Assembly: GCF_000737315.1 (NCBI RefSeq)
Contig: NZ_JMCB01000002.1
Location: 20,001-82,000 of the forward strand
Direction: 5' to 3'
Source: Hyalangium minutum
GTDB taxonomy: Bacteria > Myxococcota > Myxococcia > Myxococcales > Myxococcaceae
DNA: 62,000 nt
Shown here: positions 53,815-62,000 of the stretch, one piece after another
Layout of the letters: every line of letters begins with the position of its first letter
How positions within the stretch are numbered: position 1 is the stretch's first letter
The notes under the pieces: model-generated
Seen by the model: only the letters and a program-made list of their open reading frames with translations
Told to the model about the DNA's origin: nothing
The model's database searches: none
Position numbers and translations under genes: made by a program

Positions 53815-56313
53815 CTACTTGTGGGCGCCCTCGCCCTTCATCGGCGTCTCGATGCGCATGCCGTAGAACGACCGGTACACGAAGACGAGCGACAGGACGA
53901 AGAACACCACGGACAGCACGTGGGTGAGCATGGTGTTGCCGGACTTGTTCAGCTCCACCGCCAGCTCCACCGCGAGCAGGCCGAACAGGGTGGTGAACTT
54001 GATGACCGGGTTGAGCGCCACGGACGAGGTGTCCTTGAACGGATCGCCCACCGTGTCGCCGACCACCGTGGCCGCGTGCAGGTCCGTGCCCTTGGCGCGC
54101 AGCTCCGTCTCCACCAGCTTCTTCGCGTTGTCCCACGCGCCACCCGCGTTCGCCATGAACACGGCCTGGTACAGACCGAAGATGGCGATGGAGATCAGGT
54201 AGCCAATGAAGAAGTACGGCTCGGCGCAGGCGAACGCCAGGGTGCTGAAGAACACGCCCAGGAAGATGTTGAGCATGCCCTTCTGCGCGTACTGGGTGCA
54301 GATCTCCACCACGCGCTTGGAGTCCGTCACGCTCGCCTTCTCCACGCCCTCCAGCTTGATGTTGGCCTTGATGAACTCCACCGCGCGGTAGGCGCCCGTG
54401 GACACCGCCTGCATCGAGGCGCCCGAGAACCAGTAGATGACCGCGCCGCCCGTCACCAGGCCCAGCAGGAAGGGCGCGTGCAGCAGGGACAGGTTGCCCA
54501 GGCCCGCGGCCTTCAGCGACATGATGCCGTTGGTCGTCTCCGTGCCCACCAGCAGCACGATGATGGAGAAGATCATCGTCGTGGCGCCCACCACCGCGGT
54601 GCCGATGAGCACCGGCTTGGCCGTCGCCTTGAACGTGTTGCCCGCGCCGTCGTTCTCCTCCAGGTACTCCTTGCCCTTCTCGAAGTTGGGCGTGAAGCCG
54701 AAGTCCTTGGCCACTTCCTCCTTCACGTTGGGCACGTTCTCGATCAGCGACAGCTCGTACACGCTCTGCGCGTTGTCCGTCACAGGACCGTAGCTGTCCA
54801 CCGCGATGGTGACCGGGCCCATGCCCAGGAAGCCGAACGCCACCAGGCCGAACGCGAACACCGCCGGGGCCAGCATCAGCTCCACCGGCACGGTCGTGCT
54901 CACCCAGAAGGCGGCGCCCATCAGCCCCGCGATGATGATGCCCATCCAGTAGGCGGAGAAGTTACCGGCCACCAGGCCGGAGATGACGTTGAGGCTGGGG
55001 CCACCCTCCTGGCTGGCCTTCACCACCTCGCGCACGTGGCGGCTCTCGGTGGAGGTGAAGGCCTTGACGACCTCCGGGATGATCGCGCCGGCCAGCGTGC
55101 CGCAGGTGATGATCAGCGACAGCTTCCACCACAGCGTGGTGTCATCCGCCAGGTTCGGGATGAGCAGGTAGCTGACCACGAAGGTGAGCGCCACGGACAC
55201 GATCGACGTGAGCCACACCAGGAACGTCAGCGGGTGCTCGAAGTTCATCTTGTCGGCGGTCTTGTACTTGCCGCCCTGGATGATGCCGTTCACGCCGTAG
55301 GACAGCAGGCTGGCCACCACCATCACGATGCGCATCACGAAGATCCACACCAGCAGCTGCACCTGGAACGAAGGGGGCACCGCCAGCAGGATGAAGGTGA
55401 TGAGCGCCACGCCCGTCACGCCGTAGGTCTCGAAGCCGTCCGCCGAGGGGCCCACGCTGTCGCCCGCGTTGTCGCCCGTGCAGTCGGCGATCACGCCGGG
55501 GTTGCGCGCGTCGTCTTCCTTGATCTTGAAGACGATCTTCATCAGGTCCGAGCCGATGTCCGCGATCTTCGTGAAGATACCGCCCGCGATGCGCAGCACC
55601 GAGGCGCCCAGCGACTCGCCGATGGCGAAGCCGATGAAGCACGGGCCCGCGTAGGTGGGCGGGACGAAGATCAGGATGATGAGCATCAGCAACAGCTCGG
55701 TGCTGATGAGCACCATGCCGATGGACATACCGGCCTGCAGCGGGATGGCGTAGGTGGGGTAGGGCTTGCCGCGCAGGGACGCGAACGCCGTGCGGCTGTT
55801 GGCGAACGTGTTCACCCGGATGCCGAACCAGGCCACGCCGTAGCTGCCCGCGATGCCGATGAGGCTGAAGAGGATGATGGCCAGCAGCTTGGCCGGCGCC
55901 TCGCTCAGCATGTGCTGCAGGAAGCCGAAGTAGCCGACCATCACCACCAGCAGCAGCGCCCACAGGCCGAGGATGAACTTGCCCTGGGTGATGAGGTACG
56001 TCTTGCACGTCTCGTAGATGAGCTCGGAGATCTCCAGCATCGACCGGTGCACGGGCAGGTTCTTCAGCTGGCCGTACTGGATGAAGCCGAAGACCAGGCC
56101 GAGCACGCTCACCAGGATGCCGCCCAGCAACAGCTGCTGGCCATTGAGCGCGCCGCCGAGGAAGGACTGAGAGGTAAAGTCAGGGAGGACGAGGTCCGCC
56201 TCGCTGGCGCGGGCGGTGCTACCGGCGAGGACGGCCAGGAGTCCAAGGACTCGGGCAGCCACGCCGGTGACGCCCTGCAGGGGAGCGTCATTCCGTGAAA
56301 CGGTGGGTGTCAT
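53815..56313 (-). CDS. hppA: Membrane-bound ion-translocating pyrophosphatase, K+-independent type
   Basis: GGIFTKIADIGSDL...EDDARNPGVIAD, GPVTDNAQ, GNTFKA, NAGGAWDNAKK and GDTVGDPFKDTS. Confidence 0.95.
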   Translation of the reverse strand: MTPTVSRNDAPLQGVTGVAARVLGLLAVLAGSTARASEADLVLPDFTSQSFLGGALNGQQLLLGGILVSVLGLVFGFIQYGQLKNLPVHRSMLEISELIYETCKTYLITQGKFILGLWALLLVVMVGYFGFLQHMLSEAPAKLLAIILFSLIGIAGSYGVAWFGIRVNTFANSRTAFASLRGKPYPTYAIPLQAGMSIGMVLISTELLLMLIILIFVPPTYAGPCFIGFAIGESLGASVLRIAGGIFTKIADIGSDLMKIVFKIKEDDARNPGVIADCTGDNAGDSVGPSADGFETYGVTGVALITFILLAVPPSFQVQLLVWIFVMRIVMVVASLLSYGVNGIIQGGKYKTADKMNFEHPLTFLVWLTSIVSVALTFVVSYLLIPNLADDTTLWWKLSLIITCGTLAGAIIPEVVKAFTSTESRHVREVVKASQEGGPSLNVISGLVAGNFSAYWMGIIIAGLMGAAFWVSTTVPVELMLAPAVFAFGLVAFGFLGMGPVTIAVDSYGPVTDNAQSVYELSLIENVPNVKEEVAKDFGFTPNFEKGKEYLEENDGAGNTFKATAKPVLIGTAVVGATTMIFSIIVLLVGTETTNGIMSLKAAGLGNLSLLHAPFLLGLVTGGAVIYWFSGASMQAVSTGAYRAVEFIKANIKLEGVEKASVTDSKRVVEICTQYAQKGMLNIFLGVFFSTLAFACAEPYFFIGYLISIAIFGLYQAVFMANAGGAWDNAKKLVETELRAKGTDLHAATVVGDTVGDPFKDTSSVALNPVIKFTTLFGLLAVELAVELNKSGNTMLTHVLSVVFFVLSLVFVYRSFYGMRIETPMKGEGAHK

Positions 56314-56486
56314 GTGGGGTGCAACTCCTCAAGAGAGAAATTCGAGGGGTTGGCCGCCTGCGGGCGGTTACACCGCACGCCGACGCTTCAGCACAGCCTC
56401 GCCCTTCTAGAGCCAGAAGAGCCCAGAAGGCGGCGGCCCCTTAGCACGGGGCGAGTGCGAAAGTCGACTCTTACGGTACGACACGG

Positions 56487-56717
56487 TCGAAGGGCAGGGG
56501 CCCTCCCCCGAGGTTGATCGGTCTCCCATGGGCTGCCGCGAGGAGAACGTCCCCGTTGGGAACCTCTGCTGCACGTAACGCCTGGCTGTCCCCCAGCACC
56601 AGCGCCCGCGACCCTCTCAAGGCTCCCACGCCCTCACCCGCTCCCAACCCGCCCAACCTTCCCCATCCCCCTGCCCGCCACTCCCCTACACCCCCCCGAC
56701 CGACCCCTGCCCTTCGA
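56487..56717. repeat. 14-bp perfect inverted repeat pair bracketing about 200 bp of non-coding DNA
   Basis: TCGAAGGGCAGGGG (56487-56500) and CCCCTGCCCTTCGA (56704-56717). Confidence 0.7.
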
Positions 56718-56870
56718 ACCGCACCTCACCCTTCTGCAAGCACATTGCCAACGCCACGTTGGGGCCGATCCCTCGGGAAGACGCGGGCATGGAGCCTCTC
56801 AACGGCTGGAGAGGGCCCCCGGCTGCCGTAAAAACTCCTGGCTCTGGAGGGCAAGAGAGGGTGAGGAGGT

Positions 56871-56918
56871 AAAAAGAACGCGCCCGCCTGGGATGCGAGC
56901 ATCCCAGCGGCGGGCGCG
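56871..56918 (-). terminator. Rho-independent terminator of the 56964-57479 gene
   Basis: CGCGCCCGCC-TGGGATGC-GA-GCATCCCA-GC-GGCGGGCGCG long hairpin; the minus strand continues TTCTTTTT. Confidence 0.8.
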
Positions 56919-56963
56919 GGGGTGGCACAGGGCACACCCGGGACCTACAAGTTGCAGTGCGAA

Positions 56964-57479
56964 CTAGTTCACCTTGACCTGGAGCTCCTTGAGGACCTCA
57001 TCGCCGCGCATGACGCTCACGGTCCAGTTGCCCGCCTTGTTCAGGCGCACACCGGTCCACTGGCGGGCGCGCCAGCCGTCGCCCTTGACCTTGACGTCCT
57101 TCGTCTCGCGCACGGTGGCGCCCTGCTTGGTCTGGACCATGATGTCCTCGATGGAGTCACCCTGGGGCACCAGGTAGGCCTGCCACAGCATCACGGTGGT
57201 GTTGGCCTTCACGCCAGCGGCGGGATCCACCTCGGCGGTGCACTCGAACTTGTTGGGGCCGTCCTTGGCCACCTCGGTGCACAGCTTGGCCTCGACGAGC
57301 ACCGGGCCCTGGCCCTGGCCCTTGTAGAAGTAGTCCCACGTGTTCTTCACCGCTTCGGCGCCCGGCTTGGTCACGGGCGTGGCCGTCGGAGCCGCGGTGG
57401 GGGCCGCCTCCTGGGCCAGCGCCACAGGCGACAGAGTCAGGGCCGCAACCACCACAGTCCGAGTCAGCATCTTCTTCAT
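56964..57479 (-). CDS. Secreted protein, C-terminal Ig-like beta sandwich (DUF2914-like)
   Basis: Signal peptide MKKMLTRTVVVAALTLSPVALA; GWRARQWT...GNWTVSVMRGDEVL. Confidence 0.75.
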   Translation of the reverse strand: MKKMLTRTVVVAALTLSPVALAQEAAPTAAPTATPVTKPGAEAVKNTWDYFYKGQGQGPVLVEAKLCTEVAKDGPNKFECTAEVDPAAGVKANTTVMLWQAYLVPQGDSIEDIMVQTKQGATVRETKDVKVKGDGWRARQWTGVRLNKAGNWTVSVMRGDEVLKELQVKVN

Positions 57480-57641
57480 TGAAAGAGTCCCCTCCGTTGA
57501 GAGCCAGACACATGCCAGCTCGGAGGCCGCCTCTAGCATGAATCTCGCCGCGCACCCATGTGCGGTTCTGGCGGGGCGAGTGCTTCAAAGTGCGCCCAGC
57601 GCGGGCGTGAATAGGCCCGGGGCCCGGGCGTTCCACGGATC

Positions 57642-58385
57642 ATGCTTCGACTGCTCGCCGTGCTCGCCGTGTGGGGGCCTCTGGTGTGGAGCGCCCCGCA
57701 AGCCCACGCTGCTGGGAAGAAGCCGTCCCCCGTGGCCCAGAAGCCCGGGACGACGCCGGGTGCCGCCTCGACGAAGATGCGGAGTGCGCCTCCTTCCCGG
57801 CCACGCAGTGCGTCACGCGCCTCGCGGGAGCTGGGCGCGCGCATCGCCACCCGGGCCTCGAGGCTGGTGGGCGTCACCTCGCTGCGCAAAGTGGACACGT
57901 CGGTGCCGGACGACTGCACGGGGGTCGTGCGGCTGGCCTACGAGAGCGTGGGCATCGAATTGATGACAGGAATAGGGCGGGCCGGTGACAACGGTGTCAC
58001 GCACATCTACCAGCGCGCGCGGAGCGTGGGAGCCCTGCACAAAAGCCGGCCCCAGCCGGGAGACCTCGTCTTCTTCCGGGAGACGTATGACCGCGACCGG
58101 GATGGGCGGCGCGATGATGGCCTCACGCACGTGGCTGTCGTCGAGCGCGTGGAAGCGGATGGGACTGTCACCTTCGTCCACCGTGGCAGCAAGGGCGTGG
58201 CGCGGTCTCGGATGAACTTGAGCGCTCCCAAAGTCCACCGTGCGCGAGGCAGCAACGCGGTGGTGAATGACTACCTGCGTCAAGCCTCGCAGGGCCGCCG
58301 CGCGTATCTGACGGGGGAGCTGTTCGCGGGCTTTGCCTCTCCGGGCCCGCTGGCCCAGGCAAACACCGCCTCGGCGCGCCGCTGA
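57642..58385 (+). CDS. NlpC/P60 (CHAP-like) peptidoglycan hydrolase, exported
   Basis: Signal peptide; DCTGVVRLAY (catalytic Cys), PQPGDLVFF and THVAVV (His). Confidence 0.88.
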   Translation: MLRLLAVLAVWGPLVWSAPQAHAAGKKPSPVAQKPGTTPGAASTKMRSAPPSRPRSASRASRELGARIATRASRLVGVTSLRKVDTSVPDDCTGVVRLAYESVGIELMTGIGRAGDNGVTHIYQRARSVGALHKSRPQPGDLVFFRETYDRDRDGRRDDGLTHVAVVERVEADGTVTFVHRGSKGVARSRMNLSAPKVHRARGSNAVVNDYLRQASQGRRAYLTGELFAGFASPGPLAQANTASARR

Positions 58386-58517
58386 TCCACACGCCAGAAG
58401 ATGTGGGAGGAATTCGGGTTTACCTCAAGTGCATCGGCGCTCATTTATGGCTCAAGTGCACTGCCCGCGCGTGGGATGTCAGCCGCGGATGGCATATCCC
58501 CCATGAAAGAGGTGCCC

Positions 58518-58802
58518 ATGAGCTGTGCCGCCGTCACCGTGAATCGCTCGTTGATCCTGCTGGCCATCGCCTGGGGTGTCATTCCCGTAGCGGTCTTCCA
58601 AGCGGTGACGATGACGGGCCAGGATGACGCGGTGGCGGTCCACAGCGGATGGGAGCCCGAGCCTGGGAGCGACACCCTCTCGTCCCCGCTGAGCGAGCCG
58701 CCCCCGTGCAAGCTCGACCATACGGCGGGGCTGCTCCCCGCGCTCAGCATGGCCATCACTCAGCCGAACAGGAAGAACGCCAGCGTCACGAACGGCAGGT
58801 AG
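58518..58802 (+). CDS. Possible small membrane protein
   Basis: GAGG SD, one hydrophobic helix (SLILLAIAWGVIPVAVF), high GC3. Overlaps the convergent transporter gene by 43 bp. Confidence 0.35.
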   Translation: MSCAAVTVNRSLILLAIAWGVIPVAVFQAVTMTGQDDAVAVHSGWEPEPGSDTLSSPLSEPPPCKLDHTAGLLPALSMAITQPNRKNASVTNGR

Positions 58803-60103
58803 AGCAGGAAAGCCAGCAGCAAGAAGCCGAGGATGTCTTTGAACTCGAGCCGCGCCACGGTGAGCAACGGCAGGGCCCAGAAGGGCTGGATGAGATCCGT
58901 GGCCATGTCTCCCCACGCGTACGCCAGCACCACCTTCTCCGGCGCCACGCCCAGCGAGGACGCCGCGTTCAGCAGGTAGGGCGCCTCGATGGCCCACTTG
59001 GAGCCGCCCGAGGGTACGAAGTAGTTCACCACCCCGCTGTAGAGGTAGACGATGGCGGGGAACGTCTCGCGCGTGGAGAGCGACACGAACAGCTCGCCGA
59101 TTCGGTCGGTGAGTCCGGTGGCCTTGAAGATGCCGTAGATGCCCGCGTACAGCGGGAACTGCAGGACGATGCCATGCAGCACGGAGCCGGCCTCCTCGCT
59201 GGCCTTGAGCAGCCGGGCCGGGGTGAGGTGCAGCAACACCGCCAGCGTGAGGAACAGGAAGTTCACCACGTTGAGATTGAGGGCCCTCCAGCCCCCGTTG
59301 AGCGCCAGGTGTCGCGCGAACCACGCCAGCCCGAGCACGCCGAAGATGACATTGAGCAGCCACGCGTGATCCAGCCATACCGCGACGCTGCGCTCGGTGG
59401 GGCGCTCGGGGGGAACGAAGTCGCCCAGCTTCTCCAGCACTGCGGGCTCCACCTTCACCGTGGCCTCGGGCTTGGGGTGCAGCGCCCAGGCCAGCACCGC
59501 GAGCCCCGCCACCACCGCCACCGTGAGCCCCAGGTTGAACGCGGAGAACAGGGTGAGATTGATGGGAATGATGCCCAGCTGCTTCTCCAGGAAGTGCCCC
59601 GGCGTGGCCACCAGCAGCGGGGCGGAGGCCGACAGGCCCGCATGCCAGGTGGCGCCCAGGCCGAAGTAGGCGCAGGCCACCAGCAGGCGATAGTCCACGT
59701 CCGGCTGCCGCCTCGCCACGAAGCGCACCAGCATGGCGCTGGCCACCAGCGAGAGGCCCCAGTTGATGTAGGCCAGGCCCATGGAGACGCCGGCCATCAG
59801 CGCCACCGCGCCCCGAGGGCTCTTCGCCAGGCCCGCCAGCCGCTCCAGCAGCGTGCGCACCGGGGAGGTGAGGGCCAGCAGGTAGCCGGTGAACATCACC
59901 AGCGCCATCTGCATGGAGAAGGGGAGCAGCTCCCAGAAGCCACCGCCCCAGGCGCCCAGCACCTGCTCGGGCGAGGCGCCCGCCCACCCGAGGGCGAGCC
60001 CCATCGTGAGCAGGCTGAGCAGGACGGCAATGGCAAACGCGCTCGGGACGAAGCGCGAGGAGAAGCGGCCGAGTCCTTCCGCGATCCGGACGAGGGTCTC
60101 CAC
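58760..60103 (-). CDS. atoE: Short-chain fatty acid transporter (AtoE/TIGR00366 family)
   Basis: WGGGFWELLPFSMQM, WHAGLSASAPL, QFPLYAGI, FVPSGGSKW and QPFWALP. Confidence 0.9.
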   Translation of the reverse strand: METLVRIAEGLGRFSSRFVPSAFAIAVLLSLLTMGLALGWAGASPEQVLGAWGGGFWELLPFSMQMALVMFTGYLLALTSPVRTLLERLAGLAKSPRGAVALMAGVSMGLAYINWGLSLVASAMLVRFVARRQPDVDYRLLVACAYFGLGATWHAGLSASAPLLVATPGHFLEKQLGIIPINLTLFSAFNLGLTVAVVAGLAVLAWALHPKPEATVKVEPAVLEKLGDFVPPERPTERSVAVWLDHAWLLNVIFGVLGLAWFARHLALNGGWRALNLNVVNFLFLTLAVLLHLTPARLLKASEEAGSVLHGIVLQFPLYAGIYGIFKATGLTDRIGELFVSLSTRETFPAIVYLYSGVVNYFVPSGGSKWAIEAPYLLNAASSLGVAPEKVVLAYAWGDMATDLIQPFWALPLLTVARLEFKDILGFLLLAFLLYLPFVTLAFFLFG

Positions 60104-60249
60104 GAGCGGGCTCCAGTCAATCGCAAGGTGGGCCTTGCGGGCGGCGTCGAAGAGAGCGTTTTACGGTAAGCGCTGGAGGAAGTCGCCTTTCCACGCGCCG
60201 TGGAAGGAGGCTCGACACGCGAACCGAGCCGCGATAGCCCGGAGCCATC

Positions 60250-61068
60250 ATGTACCACCTGCTCAAGCTCGGCCCCGTGCAGCTCTCCCAGGACACCACG
60301 AACGTGTACCTACGGGTGACAAGCGCGGGGGACTTCGCGCCGCCCGTCTTCGAGCACGATGACGAGGCCGGTGTGCAGGCCCTGCTCGAGGGCGTGGAGC
60401 CTTCGGGCGTGAGCTGCGAGCCCGGCCTGGCGGAGGTCGCGGAGCGCCTGGGGCTCCGCGTGGAGTCTCCGCCACTGGAGGTGCTCTCGGCGCGCGCGGC
60501 CATTGGCACCTTCATGGCGTGGGAGCAGCGAGGCGTTGCGGGGCTCGGGGCGGACAAGGCGCTGCTCTTCGTCCAGGCCGCCACCGAATTCTATGAGGCC
60601 CGGCCGTGGAAGCACTGGGATGACAGCCAGCCGTTCCACATCAGCGTCTCCGGCGCGCTCACGCGCACGTACGAGGGCAGCGTCTTCGGCGGAGAGGACG
60701 GTGGCGAGGGGCTCGCGCTCTACGAGCAGGCTGGGGCCCTCAAGGTGCTGATGGACCTGCAGGGGAGCGGCAAGGACGCCGCCGCCAGCCAGCTGCCCGC
60801 CATTGGCGTCACGCTGGACACGCGGCCTGAGTACGCCATTCAGGCGCTGGCCGCCGCGGGCCGCGCGCCCCGGTTACCCCTGCCGCTCAAGACGGGCCCT
60901 TCGGGGGTCTCCATGCCGTCCCTGGTGGAGGCGCTGGTGCTGGTGGCCACGCTGCGGGCAGTGGCTCGGCTGGATTTGACGCGGCGTGAAGCCCTGAGCA
61001 CCGTGGTTGCGGGCCAGGAGCAGATGTCCGTCCGAGTGCTTGCCCCTCAGCCGCGCGTGCGGAACTAA
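60250..61068 (+). CDS. Hypothetical protein
   Basis: 272-aa ORF with host-like codons; AATEFYEARPWKHWDD segment; no family assigned with confidence. Confidence 0.75.
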   Translation: MYHLLKLGPVQLSQDTTNVYLRVTSAGDFAPPVFEHDDEAGVQALLEGVEPSGVSCEPGLAEVAERLGLRVESPPLEVLSARAAIGTFMAWEQRGVAGLGADKALLFVQAATEFYEARPWKHWDDSQPFHISVSGALTRTYEGSVFGGEDGGEGLALYEQAGALKVLMDLQGSGKDAAASQLPAIGVTLDTRPEYAIQALAAAGRAPRLPLPLKTGPSGVSMPSLVEALVLVATLRAVARLDLTRREALSTVVAGQEQMSVRVLAPQPRVRN

Positions 61069-61239
61069 AGCGTTCGGTAGCAGACGTTGCAGGGGCAGGA
61101 CTGTCTCCTACCCACCAAGCGGACACGGGGCCGGGGCTGGCGTGTCCAGCAGGAATCAAAGAGAACTTCGCTCCGCTCAGTATTCCCGTGTCCACGGCGA
61201 GGGACCGCTTTGACCGCCGTGGACCAGCCAGGGGCTCGA

Positions 61240-62000
61240 ATGCGTACCCAGAAGACCGCTGCACCCCGAAAGTCATCCGCGACGCGTCCTCCGCCGCCCA
61301 AGACGCAGAGAGAGAATGAGGCCGCTTCCGAAGTGCTGGATACGCGTCAGCTGCTTCGCATCCTCGCCGCCGTGCGGCAGGGTGACTTCACCGTGCGAAT
61401 GCCGGTGGACACCGTGGGCGTCGCCGGCAAGGTCGCCGATACCCTGAATGACATCATCGACCTCAACGAGCGCATGGCGAAGGAGTTCGAGCGCATCGGG
61501 ACGATGGTCGGTAAGGAAGGCCGCATTACCCAGCGTGCGACGCTGGCGGGCTCGGTCGGCTCGTGGGCCGACTGCGTGGAGTCCGTGAACACGCTGGTGG
61601 CGGACCTTATCCAGCCGACCTCGGAAATGAGCCGCGTGATCGGCGCCGTGGCCAAGGGTGACCTGTCGCAGACGATGGCGCTCGAGGTGGATGGCCGTCC
61701 GCTCAAGGGAGAGTTCCTCCGCACCGCCCGGCTGGTGAACGGCATGGTGGAGCAGCTCGGCTCGTTCGCCTCGGAAGTGACCCGCGTGGCCCGCGAGGTG
61801 GGTACCGAAGGAAAGCTGGGTGGCCAGGCCAAGGTGAAGGGCGTGGCCGGTACCTGGAAGGACCTCACGGACAACGTGAACTCGATGGCGTCGAACCTGA
61901 CGTCTCAGGTGCGCAACATCGCCGAGGTGACGACGGCGGTGGCCCGCGGCGATCTGTCCAAGAAGATCACCGTGGACGTGCGCGGCGAGATCCTGGAGTT
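61240..62000 (+). CDS. Poly-HAMP (hybrid) sensor histidine kinase, 5' part only
   Basis: Manual translation: [12 protein letters not shown]...[11 protein letters not shown]...[65 protein letters not shown], the canonical tandem HAMP repeat. Runs off the right edge. Confidence 0.92.
   Translation, partial: MRTQKTAAPRKSSATRPPPPKTQRENEAASEVLDTRQLLRILAAVRQGDFTVRMPVDTVGVAGKVADTLNDIIDLNERMAKEFERIGTMVGKEGRITQRATLAGSVGSWADCVESVNTLVADLIQPTSEMSRVIGAVAKGDLSQTMALEVDGRPLKGEFLRTARLVNGMVEQLGSFASEVTRVAREVGTEGKLGGQAKVKGVAGTWKDLTDNVNSMASNLTSQVRNIAEVTTAVARGDLSKKITVDVRGEILE

Noticed and set aside
43860-56298. Very long antisense ORFs (43860-46607 minus, 48992-51607 minus, 53821-56298 plus) and many similar ones across the window
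   Set aside because: Shadow frames of real high-GC genes (RND permease, purL, hppA); Arg/His/Ala/Gly-rich translations with no motifs.
56700-56735. tRNA-like GGTTCGAA on the minus strand
   Set aside because: Flanks do not pair into a T stem, and no cloverleaf or acceptor stem can be built.
56920-56960. GCACAGGGCACACC resembling the c-di-GMP-I riboswitch core
   Set aside because: The rest of the GEMM motif (GNRA tetraloop stem, second hairpin) is absent, and it lies at the 3' end of a minus-strand gene.
58445-58759. Minus-strand ORF directly following the atoE stop
   Set aside because: Low-complexity Ser/Ala/Thr translation without motifs; the opposite-strand ORF has a better SD and codon pattern.
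1-62000. CRISPR array, rRNA, tRNA, retron reverse transcriptase, transposase or integrase
   Set aside because: No regularly spaced repeats and no recognisable motifs for any of these were seen on either strand.

Overview
High-GC myxobacterial chromosome segment (Myxococcales style: TIGR02265 paralogs, many lipoproteins, PAS kinases, a double-CXXCG protein) with about 58 protein genes. No rRNA, tRNA, CRISPR array, integrase or transposase could be supported. Recognisable housekeeping and ordinary genes include purL, rnz, a cold-shock protein, ohr, a membrane pyrophosphatase, an RND pump, an AtoE-type transporter, yidD, amidase/amidohydrolase/rhomboid enzymes and several two-component proteins. 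Best candidate for an undescribed system: a tightly packed three-gene unit at 14755-20349. It encodes a DUF559 nuclease with a degenerate P-loop-like N-terminus, a winged-helix protein, and a 1075-aa protein fusing an AAA-like ATPase to a HerA/FtsK-like ATPase, and it sits 25 bp behind a MoxR-vWA pair. It looks like a DNA-targeting or anti-phage machine, but that is inference. Other leads: an orphan PilB/GspE-type ATPase with N-terminal membrane anchors next to a PEGA protein (31000-33278); an insertion between yidD and a TPR gene carrying a low-GC SLATT/DUF4231-like gene and an orphan double-CXXCG immunity-like gene (34131-35823); an apparently truncated ECF anti-sigma/TPR gene; a domain-permuted subtilase; and an inverted-repeat-bounded non-coding segment upstream of hppA. 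All family assignments are by motif recognition only; no database searches were run.
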